From Takakia lepidozioides (Eukaryota > Plantae > Bryophyta): DNA of 64,000 bases. The position numbers and the translations under genes were made by a program. Below are positions 1 through 13,396 of this stretch, piece after piece. The first letter of the stretch is position 1. Each line of letters starts with the position of its first letter. Location: NCBI GenBank assembly GCA_030704615.1, contig CM060734.1, forward strand, positions 47,988,001 through 48,052,000, in the 5' to 3' direction. Under the pieces are notes generated by a model. It was not told the DNA's origin, ran no database searches, and saw only the letters and a program-made list of their open reading frames with translations.

Positions 1-727
1 AAGGTCCCACAAAGCGAGTGTCCGTTTTTTTTGTTTTTTTTTCGCACTCTGCATGTTCGCGGCCTTCCGTGGCTCTAACCGCCACGTATTCCCACGCTTC
101 CCGGCCACGGCCTGCCATAGGAACGAACCGGCCCCAAACGCCTTCCGTGATACCCTCGTGGTATCATGACCACGACCCCTCAACAACCACTACCACAGCC
201 TGGGTTCGTGGCATCCCATGGCACCACGACCACGACACGGCCATTGTTCACCTGCATTCCCAGGAACTCGCCACGAGTTCCTATATATTCCCAAGGCGTT
301 CCCGGGCGTTCCCACATGTTCTCGAGCTCTCCCCGAGCTGGGGTTTGCTCCTGCACCTGCTGCCGACGAGCTATGGCTTCTGCAAAGCCACCAGACCTGC
401 TGCCATGCTTTCTTGGGCTCTCGCGGCCCACCAGAGACACCCCCAACTCACCAAACAAGCTCTTGGCTCTCCAACAAACTCTCTTGCTCCATGAAACTCA
501 TAAAATGAAGCTGAAAAATACACACATTTGCCACGTTGGTGCACTTGCATCTCTCACGCATATTCCAGGCTGGCTCTAGGGCGCCTCGTTGCTGCCCTTC
601 CAGCCCCATTTTTGCCACTTCAAGAGCCCTAGTGCTAGAGTTTCAGTTTGGAACTTCCAACTCAAGCACATGCTTCACAAGTGCACTGATTTGCATAAAA
701 TAAGAACCAGCCCTCTCGCTTGGTCTT

Positions 728-1886
728 CTACTCTTCCACACCATGATCATACCTGCAGTTCGTGGGCCCTAAAGCAAATGCTTTCGGGTCAGCAACCAAT
801 GACAAGCTATCCACCATGCCTTGGTCATGACCTTGACCTTGATCTTGTGATCCTTGGTTTTGGTTACGACCTCCACCACGACCTCTGCCTCCTCTACCTC
901 TCTCGACTACATTGCCTCGTCCTCGGCCACCGTTGTTCCCTTGGAACTGGCCTGGACGTAGCTCAGGATGCAAGTCATAACAATGAGCCTCTTCATGCCC
1001 ATACTTGCCACAATGCCCACACTGTAGTTGTGTAGGTTGTGCTTGTGCCGACTCTTTGCCTCTCTCCGGGCAATCTCTCTTAAGATGGGGTCCTCCACAA
1101 TCCCAACATGTCACACCCGACTGTTGTTGGCCTGAGAATAAAGGAAGTGACCTCTGCATCTGAGATCCTTTCTGTCCTTTCCTGGGCTTCGCATGAGCGC
1201 CCTTATTGCCTTGAGCACGTTGGGGTAGTGGTTGTTGTTGCTTGCAAACTTCGCAGCTTCTCTGTCCGTATGCCTTGATAGTTCTTCCGCAACTCCTGGA
1301 AGAACTCCACCACCGGGTTGAATCTAGGCACATGTGTTGTAGTCGTGGCAGCAAGAGTGGTAGCACCTTTAGAACTGGTACAACCTGCAGAAATACCGGC
1401 ACTACTTGTTCTACTACTAGTGCTGGCAGTGAGAGATATTGGTGCTGATGCAACTACTGGTCGCGTCGTGCCTCGAGTAATGGAGACGTAGTCAGGTAAC
1501 CAATACATCCTCCACTCCTCAATCTCTACTTCATGTCCTCGCCTGAACTCGTGGTAATCGTCCATAGGCGGGCCTTCCAAATGCTGGAACAGTCCCTTCC
1601 ATGCCATGAATGGGGTGAACAGTTGTGGATTGCGCATCTGCTGCAAATCACACCAGCTATCGAACTCCTGGATAAAGTCATTCAGCTCGATTGTGCCCAC
1701 AGCTCCAGAGTACCTACGAGGCCCCTTGGTAGCTCCATACATCTCCTCCATGTCGTCCCACAACAATGACGAAGGAAACTGCACACCTGTTGATGAAGCC
1801 TCCGAGTCTGTGTCAGACTCTGCACTAATTGGGTGGAGGTGAAGGTGGTCTGAAACGAACACCTCGTCTGGTGAACCCACTCTCAC
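728..1886 (-). pseudogene. Degenerate Ty3/Gypsy gag (frameshifted, internally deleted), same family as the element at 56.5-64 kb
   Basis: ORFs 1203-1886 and 728-1453 carry CCHC knuckles (CWDCGGPHLKRDC, CGHCGKYGHEEAHC) and an RGG-rich tail. These nearly match 62856-63719 (CWTCGGPHVKKDC, CGHCGKYGH, HPELRxGQFQGNNGGRG). Confidence 0.85.
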
Positions 1887-2354
1887 GTACTCCCCTCAAA
1901 ACCCTTGGGTAACTCCGTGATGACACTCACAACCCGCACCTCCCCCACATGACACTATAAGGCTCTAGTACTAATTCTAATAGTGACACGGGTGAGCACC
2001 TGTTGCGGATTAAGGGTCATATCCCAGTGGCTAAGGGCACTTGCACCTGCATCCACCGCAAGAACTCCTATGGTTGGCTGGTCATCAACCCAGCCTCACC
2101 ATAGAAGAAACACTGGTGGTCTTGCTGGTCATCACTCCAGCCTCACCACCGACAACATACTCTAGGATTGACCGGTGATCAAATCCAGCCTAATCCCTAT
2201 GAAAGTAAGCGCCCACACAAAACCAACATGACGCACAGTCAAGCATGCAGGTGTGGGGGGATCCAAACACAAGAAACCAAAACATCAACACCCCCACACC
2301 AAAAACCCTCCGCAGTGCTGCTCTTGCAGAATATTGCAGCCCAAAAACCCCGGA

Positions 2355-3318
2355 CTAACTGGCCTCCACCAAGAGAGGCCCACTTCGTTGTGTCTCCTTA
2401 CCAACCCCACCATGACCACTCACTCCTCTACCATATTGAGCTCTATCCGCTTTGCCAGCAAAAAACATGTTTGCTAAGGTGGGTTGGGCCACTTGTAGGA
2501 GAATTGCATCCCGCACTCTTCTCCTCAACTCTTTGTCCGATATCCCATACCAGAATTGGACTGCTTGAGCTTCCGTAACCCTTTGGGTTACATTTATCAA
2601 TCGCCTCATGCGCGTGTAAGCCTCCATCAAATTCTCAGTAGGCTTGCGCTGGAACTCTTGCAAGCTCCGCAATTTCTCAAATCTTATCCCCTACTAGTTT
2701 TTCCTTAACTCCTCGAAGAACTCCACAACAGGGTTAAAGGCAGGAACAAGTGTTGATGCTACAGAAGGAGCTTGAGTGGATTTCCCAGCTCTTGTACCAC
2801 TTATCCCACTACTAGAGCTTGTAGTTGGAGATGTTGGTGTAGCTGCTGGTGTCGTCGCTGCCCTTGTGCCTCTAGTGTGTGACCAATATACACCCGCCAT
2901 TCCTCAATCTTCACCTCATTTCCTCGCCTAAACTCATGGTAGTCATCCATAGGCGGCCCCTTAAAGTACTGAAACAGCCATTCCATGCTATAGAAGGTAT
3001 AAACAGTTGTGGATTGCGCATCTGCTGCAAATCACACCAACTATTAAACTTCTGTATGAAATCATCAAGCTCGATGGTGCCCACAGCTCCAGAGTACCGA
3101 CGTGGCCCCTTGGTAGCTCCATATATTTCCTCCATCGTATCCCACAACAATGGCACGGAAATGGCTTGCACCCTCGGCGAGAATCCTCCTAACTCTGAGT
3201 CTGAACCTTTATCAGAAGACACTAAAGGTGAAGGTGGCATAAACCGCACACCTCGTCTTGTATACCCACTAGTATCGCATGTGCTCGTACCGACACTCTC
3301 CTTAGCAACTGGTGGCAC
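2355..3318 (-). pseudogene. Second degenerate gag copy of the same Gypsy family
   Basis: Shares GATKGPRRYSGAVGTIEL..FIQ.F.SWCDLQQMRNPQLF and FNPVVEFF.ELRKN with 1203-1886, and EAYTRMRRLI.VTQ.VTEAQA.QF with 63703-63939. Frameshifted. Confidence 0.85.
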
Positions 3319-3544
3319 TTCCGTGATGAAAACTCACACTCAAACTGGCTATCAAACCTCTCTAATCCCCCTTTTCGCAAGGAAACCAGGTAGAGAACCT
3401 GTTGCGGCTTATGGTTTGGAATATTAGGTTCATAACATTAACCTGCACCTACACCTGCATCCACCGCAAACACTCCTATGGTCGAGGCTCAAAATGTCCG
3501 CAAACTTGGATTCCAAACAGCCAAAATGCCCTAAGCGTCCGCCA

Positions 3545-3870
3545 AATAATGGCCTCCAAGGTTTCCAACCAGCCTCCAATCAGCCCTCACAATGGCCCCA
3601 CAGGCCTGCCCAATATGGCTTCTAAGGACCTCCAATAGTCCTCCAAACAGCCCTTAAGAAGCTCCACAAATCTGCCAAGTATTGGCCTCCAAGGACCTCC
3701 AACAGACCTTCAACAAACCCTTAAGAAGCTCCATAAATCTACCAAGTATTAGCCTCCAAGGGCCTCCAATAATCCCCCAAAGAGTCTTAAAAGCTCCACA
3801 AGTTTGCCCAATATGGGCCTCCAAGGACCTTCAATTGTCCTCCAAACAGTCCTCACAAGGCTCCAAAAAT
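3545..3870. repeat. Tandem repeat, about 66-67 bp unit, about 5 copies
   Basis: A ggcctccaagg-like anchor recurs at 3551, 3617, 3684, 3751 and 3817. Confidence 0.8.
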
Positions 3871-3879
3871 ATCCACTGG

Positions 3880-4320
3880 CAGTCGATTTTTCATCCGTCA
3901 CTGACCAAATTTCATCCAAAACCGCTATTGTTCATCCGTATATCCGATATTTCATCCGCCACGAAAGTTCATCCGTCAGTGCGATAGTTTCATCCGTCAC
4001 CGTGATTTTTCATCCGATGGCGCGATTTTTCATCTTGTGCCACGATTTCATCCGCTGACGCAGTTTCATCCGTCGCCGTGATTTGTCATCCAATGGCACA
4101 ATATTTCATCCACTTCCGTGATATTTCATCCAATAGCGCAATAGTTCATCCACTGGCACAGTTTTATCCGCCGCCGCGATATTTCATCTAATAGCGCAAT
4201 ATTTCATCCGATACTAAGATTTCATCCACTGGTGCAGATTTCATTCATTACGCCCGATTATCATCCAGGAGCACCAATTTTCATCCATTGGCTCAATAGT
4301 TCATCCAATAGCTCAATGGT
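3880..4320. repeat. Degenerate short tandem repeat array with a tttcatcc core (about 18-20 bp spacing)
   Basis: More than 15 occurrences of (t)ttcatcc at near-regular spacing. Confidence 0.8.
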
Positions 4321-4349
4321 GGTGCTCCAAACCCGGGGGCAATGTTCCC

Positions 4350-4860
4350 ATGCGTTCCCAAGAGTTCCCAAGTGTTCCCAAGCTAAGGTTTGCGCCGCTT
4401 TGCTTCTGTGATTGCTGCCAACGAGCTATGGCTTTTATAGAGTAACCAGAGGTACTTGTTCTTGACTTCTTGAGCATCGATGGATCACCAAGAGTGCCCC
4501 CAATTCCTTGAGCAAGCTATTTGCCACACAATAAACTCTCTTTCTCCATCGAACTCATTGAGGCAAGCATAGAACAAGCTATTGAGCTTTCTATGGCAGA
4601 TCCTCTTCTAACCATTGTATGCACTCATAGTGCTCCCTTCCATGGCCATAGTGCACCCCTTAGAACTCATATTCCAGCTCTGCACTTGCCATTTCCATAG
4701 ACATGCTCTTCCCAAGCCTGAGATTGAAACCCCAACTCAAAGCATGCTCTACAAATATATTATCTTATACCAAAGAGAAATCAGATCCTTCTCTTCATTC
4801 CTAGCTCTCCTAAGTTTGAAGTTGACGGCCCTCACAAACTGAAACCATGCTCCACACATT
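4350..4860. repeat. Diverged copy of the 300-700 segment (retroelement internal sequence)
   Basis: gctgccRacgagctatggctt...aaactctctt.ctccat.gaactcat is present at both ~360-500 and ~4413-4560. Confidence 0.65.
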
Positions 4861-7800
4861 CACCGCTTGCTTCATGAACACCCAAGCTCTTCTTGAACTC
4901 CTCAAACCCTACAACACTTGGAGAACAAGAGCTTTATTCACAAGCTCTCTAACTTTGCAATGGGGCTCTCCTTGAAGACCTCCACTTGCACATAAACACC
5001 ACAATGTTTTCCTTTTGCAAACCCTAAAACACCTTGTAACATAAGAGCTATCTACCAAGCTCTCCTCTACACAAGTGCTAGGTGAACCCAGTCTATCACA
5101 TTATATAAGTCAAGCCAATGGCACCTTTGCTAAAGGACTTCACCATACAGACCTCACACATTCTCCATCTCAAGTACTAGAACTATGACGGCGAGAGAGG
5201 TCTCGGAAGGCTTGACTAGAAGAAGACGAGCCTGCCTACGTCCCACGTGGAGATAACCTCTCCACGTCCCAAGTGAGGTTCGTCACCTCATTTGGCACAT
5301 AGAACCAAATGAAGTCCCAATGCCCACAAAATATAAATATAAATGTATAAACTCCTAATTAGCTAGAAATAACTATTTCTAACTAATCACAAACAAAACC
5401 ATGACATATTGGCTCTCTTGGAGAGAGAAACTTTGCATCATGTTCAAGTTAATGGAGAAAATGTGGTCAAAGGACCGTACACCCGGGTCAAGGCTTCAAT
5501 TGGGGTGTTGTGCTGAGTCATGCCCCTTACTCTCACCTTCCTCTTATGTTTTGCCAAAGCAAGAGAGCCCATCGCCGTTTTAGGCTTGTTTCATAACTTC
5601 TGTTTCCGGTTTTACAAAACCTTAGAATCAAAAAACCCCTAGGGGTGATTCAAGTAGAGGGCACTTGGGGCTGCCCATAGAACCTAACGCTTATTAGAAG
5701 AGAAATGCAAGAGTAATTCTCAAGACGGCTCAAGGTTGGAGATTAGTTTTAGAGTAGAGCAGGAATAGGGTATTATAGTTGCACATCATGGTCGCCACAT
5801 CATCGTTGTCATTATTAAGCTGCCCAAGAAAATGATTTTTGAAAATCGTCATCATTACCATTACTTCACCACGTCATCGTCATTTTTTAGGTGTTAGGCA
5901 AGGATGTATGCATGATTTGTGCAGAGGCATGGGTAGCTGAAGGAACAAGGAGCTTAATACCTCAATAGAGACGAACGGTGAGCAAATGAGCGGGTGAGCA
6001 GACCGAATTTTTGGAGAGCATAAAATCATTTGAATGTTTATTATATTATAAGATACCAAATTCCATTCACATAACTACTGAAGTCTCTACTAGATTAGTA
6101 CATTATGGGACAAACACATTCCATGATTAGCAAAATAAAAAACTGTCGAGTGACAAATTAACCATAATGACGACCATTAGTAAATTGTCTACTGGCCATC
6201 TTAACTTGAAGGCCTAATCACACGAGCATAAAATATCAAATCAAATGGCACCAACATCCTATTATGGGCTTTATGGTGGGTGTATCTATAGATATTGAAA
6301 GGGCACAACCTATGTTTTTTTGCACCTTTTAGCAATCATGGGAATGACAAACAAATATTTGGTATGTTTGAAGTTGACCATTGTTTTGTACATGATAAGC
6401 TTCAAATCAACCTTTGCTAAATTATAAAGATATGCTTGCGAAATTTCCAATCTCATTTGGGGCAATAGATGAACAGCGTACTTCGGGGGAAGTCACTTTT
6501 ATTTTTTTTCCAAACGATGTGCAAAAACTATAGGGTAACTTACATATATTCTTTGAAAGTAAAATTTAAAATTTTTAGAAATAAAATTGGGTGTCCTTAT
6601 TTTGTGGATACAACATTTAAATAAAAACACGATTATGAATATATGCTTCAATTATATGTTAATTCTAAGAACTACACATAGGGGTGCTACAATGCGAGGG
6701 ACATGTATAGTTCATTCTATGGTATATTTGTATTGGGACTTCATAAACGACTGGTTGGACATGGATGACGGGACTTCGACTCAGCTTGGGTGAGGGGACT
6801 TGGTTTACGGAGGATACGTTTTGGTTTAGGGTTACCGATAGTAAATGGATAGACATAGAGTCGATTATCAATTCAATAACTATGACATATGACAGAGTTC
6901 AGAATGTTTACACCATTCTCCTCTTTAGAATAAAGAGGAGCCAATAAAACATTATATAATATATTTTTAAACCTACGAGCATAACAAAACAACATGGGTT
7001 GGAACTTTATGTAGATGTTTTCGAAGCAAGGGAACCCAACTCCGCATGTAAGAGGGATTGAGGGGGGATTATCCTTCTATGAACAACATGAAAGCAAAAA
7101 GGGGATGTTCTTATTGGGAGACTGCCGCATGTTTTGTATATTACAACCAAACATTACATTACTCAATACTTTCCTTTGTCGCTCCATCTTGTATAACGGG
7201 GTAGCCATCAATGTCAAAAATCGCTAAGCCCCTGTTCTCCCTTTCTTGGTCTCACCTCCTCTCTTTTGCTGAAAACTACATCCATGATGTGCCTTCTCTA
7301 GGTAAGACCTCTCTTGTGTAACATCTTTGTTATTGAACAACTTATGAAACGAACGAGTTTTCAAGTTTAAAATGAATGAAAGTATATTCCACCATTCAGA
7401 AAGAGGAGCGCGACTACCCGCTTGTTTAGGTGCCCATTAAATGACCCATGATTTGATGTATTTATGATTAGTGTGTATTGACTTGGAAACATTACAACAT
7501 GGATGTCTTTACTTCTGATATTTGGAGTAGCAGTAATGGCTTATTACTCAATTTAGCTCTCACATGTAGATGACATCACTGATTGAGCACAATATAAGTT
7601 TGATGCCGAAATTTCTTCCAACAAATCAAGAGTGGGATCAAGGGCAGTTCTCCATAATACGGTTAAGAGCTATCCCGATTCACCTAAATGTATAGTAAGG
7701 AAATTCCAATAACAAATTGAATTCAGAACTAGATTATGGGAGGTATTAGTGGGGTTGAACATGGCCAGTCCTTTTTTTGTCCTTAATTTTCATCTTTTGT

Positions 7801-8934
7801 TTTGTACACATTTAATCATATAATTGAAACTATGTCAGCTAAATCATGAAAGGTGATTGAATTGGAGGTAAGCTAGAAAAGACTTCATTATGCATATATT
7901 ATTATGTTTTGTTATACTAATGTAAGCCGAATCATACAGAAAATCACCGTGTTTGTCAATAATTTTGAAGTGGATTGACGCTTCAAAAAACCATTCATTG
8001 GAACGATACATTTGTTCTATTGTCAATTTATTTTATTTTTTATTTTTTTCTTAAATAAAGAGGGGCATATAACATGTAGTTTTTATGATCATTATCGTTC
8101 TAGAGTAGTTTGTCTGTTTTATGCCAATTTCTAGACCATATGTTGATTTGAAGGGATATTTGACAATCATTATTTAAACATTAAATTTGTTGAATTTTTG
8201 TGAATTTGCCAGTGGCCGATAGCTAATAAAGGAGAGACAATAGGAATAATGTAAGAACTTAATGGACGCGTGCGATCTGACAGTATTGCGATGTTGCAGA
8301 AGGCGAGGTTATGGGTTTTTGAGGCTCTTGTAGTATAACCCGTGTAACCCTATGTAACCCATGTCTCTCATGTAACCCTAGTTAGTCCATTTTATACTTA
8401 GCCAAATTTGGACTTAGTCAAATTTCGAGACCAAGTGTGAGCTACACCAAGTGGAGTTACACTCCATTCTGTGTAACCCCGAGCGGAGTTACACACCTCG
8501 TCGTGTGGGGTTACACACCTCATCGTGTAACCCAGTGTAACCCCGAGTGGAGTTTACACTCCTTCAATTCCATGTCACTCTCAAGAGAGGGTGGGGAAGA
8601 TTTGACATGCCGGAAATCGGCGTACCATCCTGTCAGAGGTTGCACGTGTGAACTATGTTCTTACATTATTCCTATTATCTTCTGCAAATAATTATATTCC
8701 CAACTAATGATGTTGTACAAATGGTCATCCGAATATCTTTAAAAACAAAAACAAAAAAAAACTTTGTCATGTAACACCCATGACACTTGATGTTAATACA
8801 TACTCATGTTCAATGTCATGTGTACTGCAAGAAATGTTAGGGCTTTGGTCCTTGTCGTGGACCTTGAAAACAGAACAAAAAGCTGTGCAATGGTCTTTCC
8901 AATGCTTGTGAAGACCTCTCAATTTAAAGAAGAG

Positions 8935-9192
8935 ACCACCAGTCCGTAGCTCAGTTGGATAGAGCACTTGGATAGAGCACTGAGTGCCACCTAGGTGATT
9001 TTGGGTTCATATCCTGCTACCTTGTTGGGTATGGTATAATGTTCTCCCCCTTCACTTGGGCGGTGTCCCTATAGCCTTGTGCTTGGCGCCTCATGGTGAA
9101 AGAGGTTATTTTCTCCTCTCACTATAATTAAGGGGCCTGATTGTGAGCGGGTACTCACTCCCGGGTATTTCCCTTATTAAAAAAAAAACACA
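8935..9192 (+). mobile_element. tRNA-derived SINE (family 1), full length
   Basis: A box tagctcagttgg (8947), B box ggttcatatcc (9004), poly(A) tail at 9179-9188, 9-bp TSD aaagaagag at 8926-8934 and 9193-9201. Confidence 0.85.
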
Positions 9193-9973
9193 AAAGAAGA
9201 GGCTGAATCTGTGAATGATTCTGTTTACATGGATTAGGATTCGTCTCAGAGTAGAAGGATGAGGTTTCTTACTGCACTCATGCTATATCCTCTACATGGA
9301 AACAAATTAACGAATGAATGAAACTTGACAATAAAGTTATTCGTAAAGTGCCAAAAACTGGGGACGAGTACCCCAGTTTGGCCAAAAGTGGGGACGAGTT
9401 AAGAAACTGGGGACCAAACTCATAGAAAGGAAAAAAACACGGGATGAAACTAGTTTGAGCACCAAAACTGGTGGTCAAACTAGTTTCATACCAGTGTTGT
9501 GCGGGTTGTGCTTTTTTAAGGAACCCCCCGGGTCCGGGGGTACGGGTATTTTTTTGGAGCCTAGTCCGGGTCTGGATCTGGGTTTTTGAAATTTGGAAAA
9601 TCCGGGTCCGGGTTCGGGTCCGGGTTTCTCAACATGGACTCGGGTCAGGGTCCGGGTAGTTGTTGGAAAATATTAGGTGGTTCACGGGTTCGGATCCGGG
9701 TCCTAGTTAATTTATTAAATAAATTAGAAAAATAAAATTAATTAGGGATAAATATTTTTTGGGCTGAAATAAAATTGAATCTTAACAATGAATTTTATTT
9801 CAGGACACATTCCTTCAAAAAATACCATGAATATGTATTGCTCATTTAACATAAGAATTAAAATAGAAATTGAGTTCCATTCTTCAATATCAATTCCGAC
9901 ACATGTTAAAAATAGTAATATGTTACCTCTGTAAAGATATAATATAGATTGCTGCTGCTTCACTCTCAAATGG

Positions 9974-10636
9974 GTGAAAAAGTGGCAACACATCCCAAAT
10001 GCGGGAATCCAGTGGAAGCTTATCTGGAAGGATATTTGGAGGAAAGACAGAGCCTCCAAGATCTCATCTTTTTTGTGGAAAATTGCTAACAGGATCCTGC
10101 CTGTGGCAACACAATCATTTGATGGTAACCCAGTCTGTCTACTATGCCCTGCTAATGTTGAGGAATCCATTGAGCATTGTCTTACAGCTTGCCCGCTGGC
10201 AGCAAACGTGTGGAGACTGGTGGTTGCTTTCTACTCTAATTGGAGATCTGTTTCTTTTCAGTCCCCTTTGCTGTTGCTTTTGAACTAGGCCCAAGGTAAT
10301 CTTTGAGAATCATGCCCGGTCTGGTCTTGCTTGCGGGTTCATACATTGTGGGCTCTATGGAAGTCCAGATGCTCTTTTTTGTTTGAGGGGCGCTACCCCA
10401 ACATCAGATTGTTGCGTCATAAGATATTTGCGGATCTGATGACTGAGGGATACAAGGCGTGGGGGTCTTTGCTTGCAGCATGTAACAGATGGAGCGAGAG
10501 GAGGTGGCAAGAGCTCTTCGCTTCCTTTGATCTCTCCTGGGGGAAGGATCATATCCTCTGCACCAGGGTTTCAGAATCATCCATTACCTGGAACTACGTC
10601 CTCCCCGATCAATGGCAAATTCCCGTTGGGCTCTGA
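9974..10636 (+). mobile_element. 3' fragment of an L1-type LINE ORF2 (zf-RVT region) inside the hAT element
   Basis: WKDIW...KISSFLWK...ILP...CLLC...ESIEHCL..CP.A..VW, then LWALWKSR..FLF after a stop codon. Confidence 0.8.
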
Positions 10637-11675
10637 AGATGCGAAAATCAACTGGAGGCACTGCAAGCTCAGGATTCCAAGAGCTAAGACGTCTTTGGAC
10701 TTCATTGCGGATGCCTGCTAAAAGCTCCCATCCTTGCCAGATGTTCCAGTGTTCTCATAAATGCGCCTATAATTTTGTGTTTGGGGTTTTGTTTACTGGT
10801 GGGACAGGCCCCTTATCTCAGGTTTCTTACAGCTCCTCTACTTTGGTGCCCTCATTTCTGGGACTCCAGTAGTGGTCTCACCAGTCGTGGTTCTTTCATT
10901 GGTGGTGTTTGAAGATCCTTGGGCTGGATTGCCAGTTTTTGCTAAAGCAAGGCTCTCTGTGCAAGCTTCCGCATTCTGCCAGTTCCCTTTTTGGTCTTAT
11001 CCAGCACTCAGTACCCTGTCTGGGCTCTGTTTGATTCCTTTGTCCTTCTAGAGCTTTAGCTTCGGCGCTGCGTCGCCTGTCTTACGCGAAAGTGGAATGG
11101 CTTATTGTCGTTGCCGACCACGACTATTTCAATGGCATGTATATTGTGAAATAGGAGTGGGGACAGTTTTTCTTCCGTAGTCGGCACCGACTTCATCCAG
11201 TTTAAATAAATTCCGATGACGGATAGTTGTTGGCGACTATTACAGTAAATGTTGAAATTGGCCAACACATCGGCCAATGTCGCTGCGGATGTTCATTTCA
11301 CGTAGTTCATTTTCGTTAATTGGCTTGCAAACGGGAAAGTCATTGGCGACAATTGGTTATATCGTCAACCTCTTTCCAAATTTGCACTGTAGTCGCTGCC
11401 GACTTCTTTACGTACGCACAATTTTTCCTTAACACTTTCTTTTTTGCATTTAATGTGCTTGTAGTTGGCACCGACCTTCAATTTTCCCTCTATATGTTAG
11501 TCTCTGGGATGTTCCCCTTGTCTCATGCCTTCACGCCCATCAGTTTATTTTTTCCTCTTGTATCTTCTTTTCCTATTAATATATCTCTAGGGAGATACCC
11601 CTGTTCTTTTTATATATGTATATATATATATATGCCTCAAAGATCATTATAGTATGGATATGTGGGAGCCAACCT

Positions 11676-11820
11676 CATAATAATAATACATGACGCCTCC
11701 TTCGGGAAATTATGATGTCACTGGACCCCACAAGGCACAACTTTGTGACACCAATCCGTGGATTGAACCCACAACCACTTTATGTGGCTACAACTTGGTG
11801 GGGTGGCAGGCTGCTGCAGT
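11676..11820 (-). mobile_element. tRNA-derived SINE (family 2), diverged copy
   Basis: Similar to 52812-52989 (gattgaacccacaacca, B box on the minus strand). (taa)n tail at ~11677-11690. Confidence 0.55.
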
Positions 11821-12982
11821 GGCCTATTGCTCGACACATTGCAGAACCTACCACATATAAGGTGGACCTTGTATGCCCCTCCTGAAATTAAGACCCGGGC
11901 CCTGACCCGCTACCCTTGCCGGCGGGTAGCAGGTTCTGGACCGAGCAGCCGGGTCTGGGTTCAGTACTGAGTTCATTTTAGAAATGAAACAAGGTCAGGG
12001 TCCGGGTTTTTGGGGATAGCACAAGGTCCGGGTGCGGGTGCGGGTAACCCGGATCCTAACCCCCCGGGTACTCAGGGTCAAAACCCGGACCCGCACAACA
12101 ATGTTGCATACCGAGTTTGGGTTTTGCCGAGTTGTACGCGAGCGACCTGCGAGCAGGATGCTGCGAGATCATGTCAAGGAGTACCTAGTTTGGCAAACTG
12201 GTGCCCGATTTTGCTGACTTTACGTTTGCACTCAAAGTGGGGATGAAACACGAGTTAGAGGTCCAAACTGGGCCCCAAACTGGGCATGACTTTAAGGATA
12301 ACTTTAATGTACACATGGGCCCACAGAGTGAGAGAGAGCCAGAATTGAAAACAGTTGATAACTCCACCAGGCTATCGCAATGTGTCCAACATTCCCACAA
12401 GTCTTGAATGCAAGTATTTCACTTTCAAGCAGTCTTTCAAGTCAACAGTTCCCAGTCATGTCTAGGAAAGTGTGAAAAATACTAGAGCACTACTGCTCGG
12501 GATGATAGTAACTTGTCACAACATGCTTCGGGCATTCGTTATCCAGATTGACACTAGCTCATTGCCTCGAATGTGAGTTGAAGTTGAACTGTGAGGGCTA
12601 ACAATGGAGGACAGTACAAAGATGTGAAAGCAAGATGAAATTCTAACACTGGCTTTATTGCTGATAAACAGTAGAGAACAAGAAGGGAAGAGATGGAATG
12701 TGAAAGCAGCAAGTTGGGCTTTCATGTGTGTTTTTTCGTAGTACTAGACGTCTTATGGGTTGTGTTGAGCATCCTATGCGTAAGCATCCATGGATTAGAG
12801 ATCCATCTGTGTCCTTAAGGATGGTCACAGCCCCTAAGGGATGCGCCTCGCGGATTTCCGGCTTCCCAAGCAGACCACAATTCTTGTCTGTTGATCTTGT
12901 GTAGAGTTACTGTTGCAACAACTAGATGCAGATTCGGAGAAGAGATCCACAGCTGGGATCGGCGGTGAGTTCGTACCTCGGA

Positions 12983-13396
12983 ATGGCGTCCTTCGAGGGA
13001 CTGAGGGCGACATCTGCCGGGGTGCAAGTCGGAAGTTTGCAGGCATTCTTCCCTTCTTTGCCAAGGTGGTGCCTTGGCCTAAGGGCTGCAACAGCGAATT
13101 TCACAGCTCTGAAGCCCTTGGGTGATCGTGTCCTTGTCATCATCCAGACAGTTGGAGAGAAGACTATCGGCGGCAATCTTCGCACTGCTCAGACTAAGCC
13201 GCGAGGTTTGTTTGTGTGTGCGATCGATTTTCCTGCTGTAGAATTCTGTATTGGAGTTTGTGGATGTGCGAAATAGCAGCCTACATTGGTGAAATGAAGG
13301 TTCCTTTAAAGCATCGGCGGCGTTTGAGATGTTCCGAAGTGGTGGCTGTGGGTGAGGGCAAGACCATTGGCGAGAAAAACCTCGAGCTTTCCAAAA
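12983..13396 (+). pseudogene. CPN20: N-terminal fragment of chloroplast co-chaperonin CPN20 (transit peptide plus start of the first GroES domain), fused to the PPR gene
   Basis: ASFEGLR...FTALKPLGDRVLV...EKTIGG...AQTKP, an intron-like gap, then EVVAVGEGKTIGEKNLE in frame with the first PPR repeat. Confidence 0.8.

Larger units (their letters stand above)
9492..12103. mobile_element. Non-autonomous hAT-type DNA transposon
   Basis: 14-bp TIR cagtgttgtgcggg / cccgcacaacaatg (1 mismatch), 8-bp TSD tttcatac / ttgcatac (7/8), dense subterminal cgggtc/gacccg repeats at both ends. Confidence 0.85.
9332..12306. mobile_element. Older non-autonomous TIR element, split by the hAT insertion
   Basis: Imperfect terminal inverted repeats taaagttattcgtaaagt / actttaaggataacttta, subterminal aaactggg repeats on both arms, possible TA TSD. 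Confidence 0.55.

Noticed and set aside
3545-4320. CRISPR-like repeat arrays
   Set aside because: Degenerate tandem units without unique spacers, in a eukaryotic retroelement context, with no cas genes.
6300-8050. Possible hAT transposase remnant on the minus strand (FHVVHR-like motif at ~7075-7110)
   Set aside because: Too degenerate to support by eye; needs tBLASTn or HMM search.
8330-8560. Cluster of gtgtaacccc/ggagttacac inverted repeats (MITE-like)
   Set aside because: No clear termini or TSD could be defined.
8941-9020. Possible tRNA gene
   Set aside because: No cloverleaf or acceptor stem; it has a unique body, poly(A) tail, TSD and a second copy, so it is a SINE.
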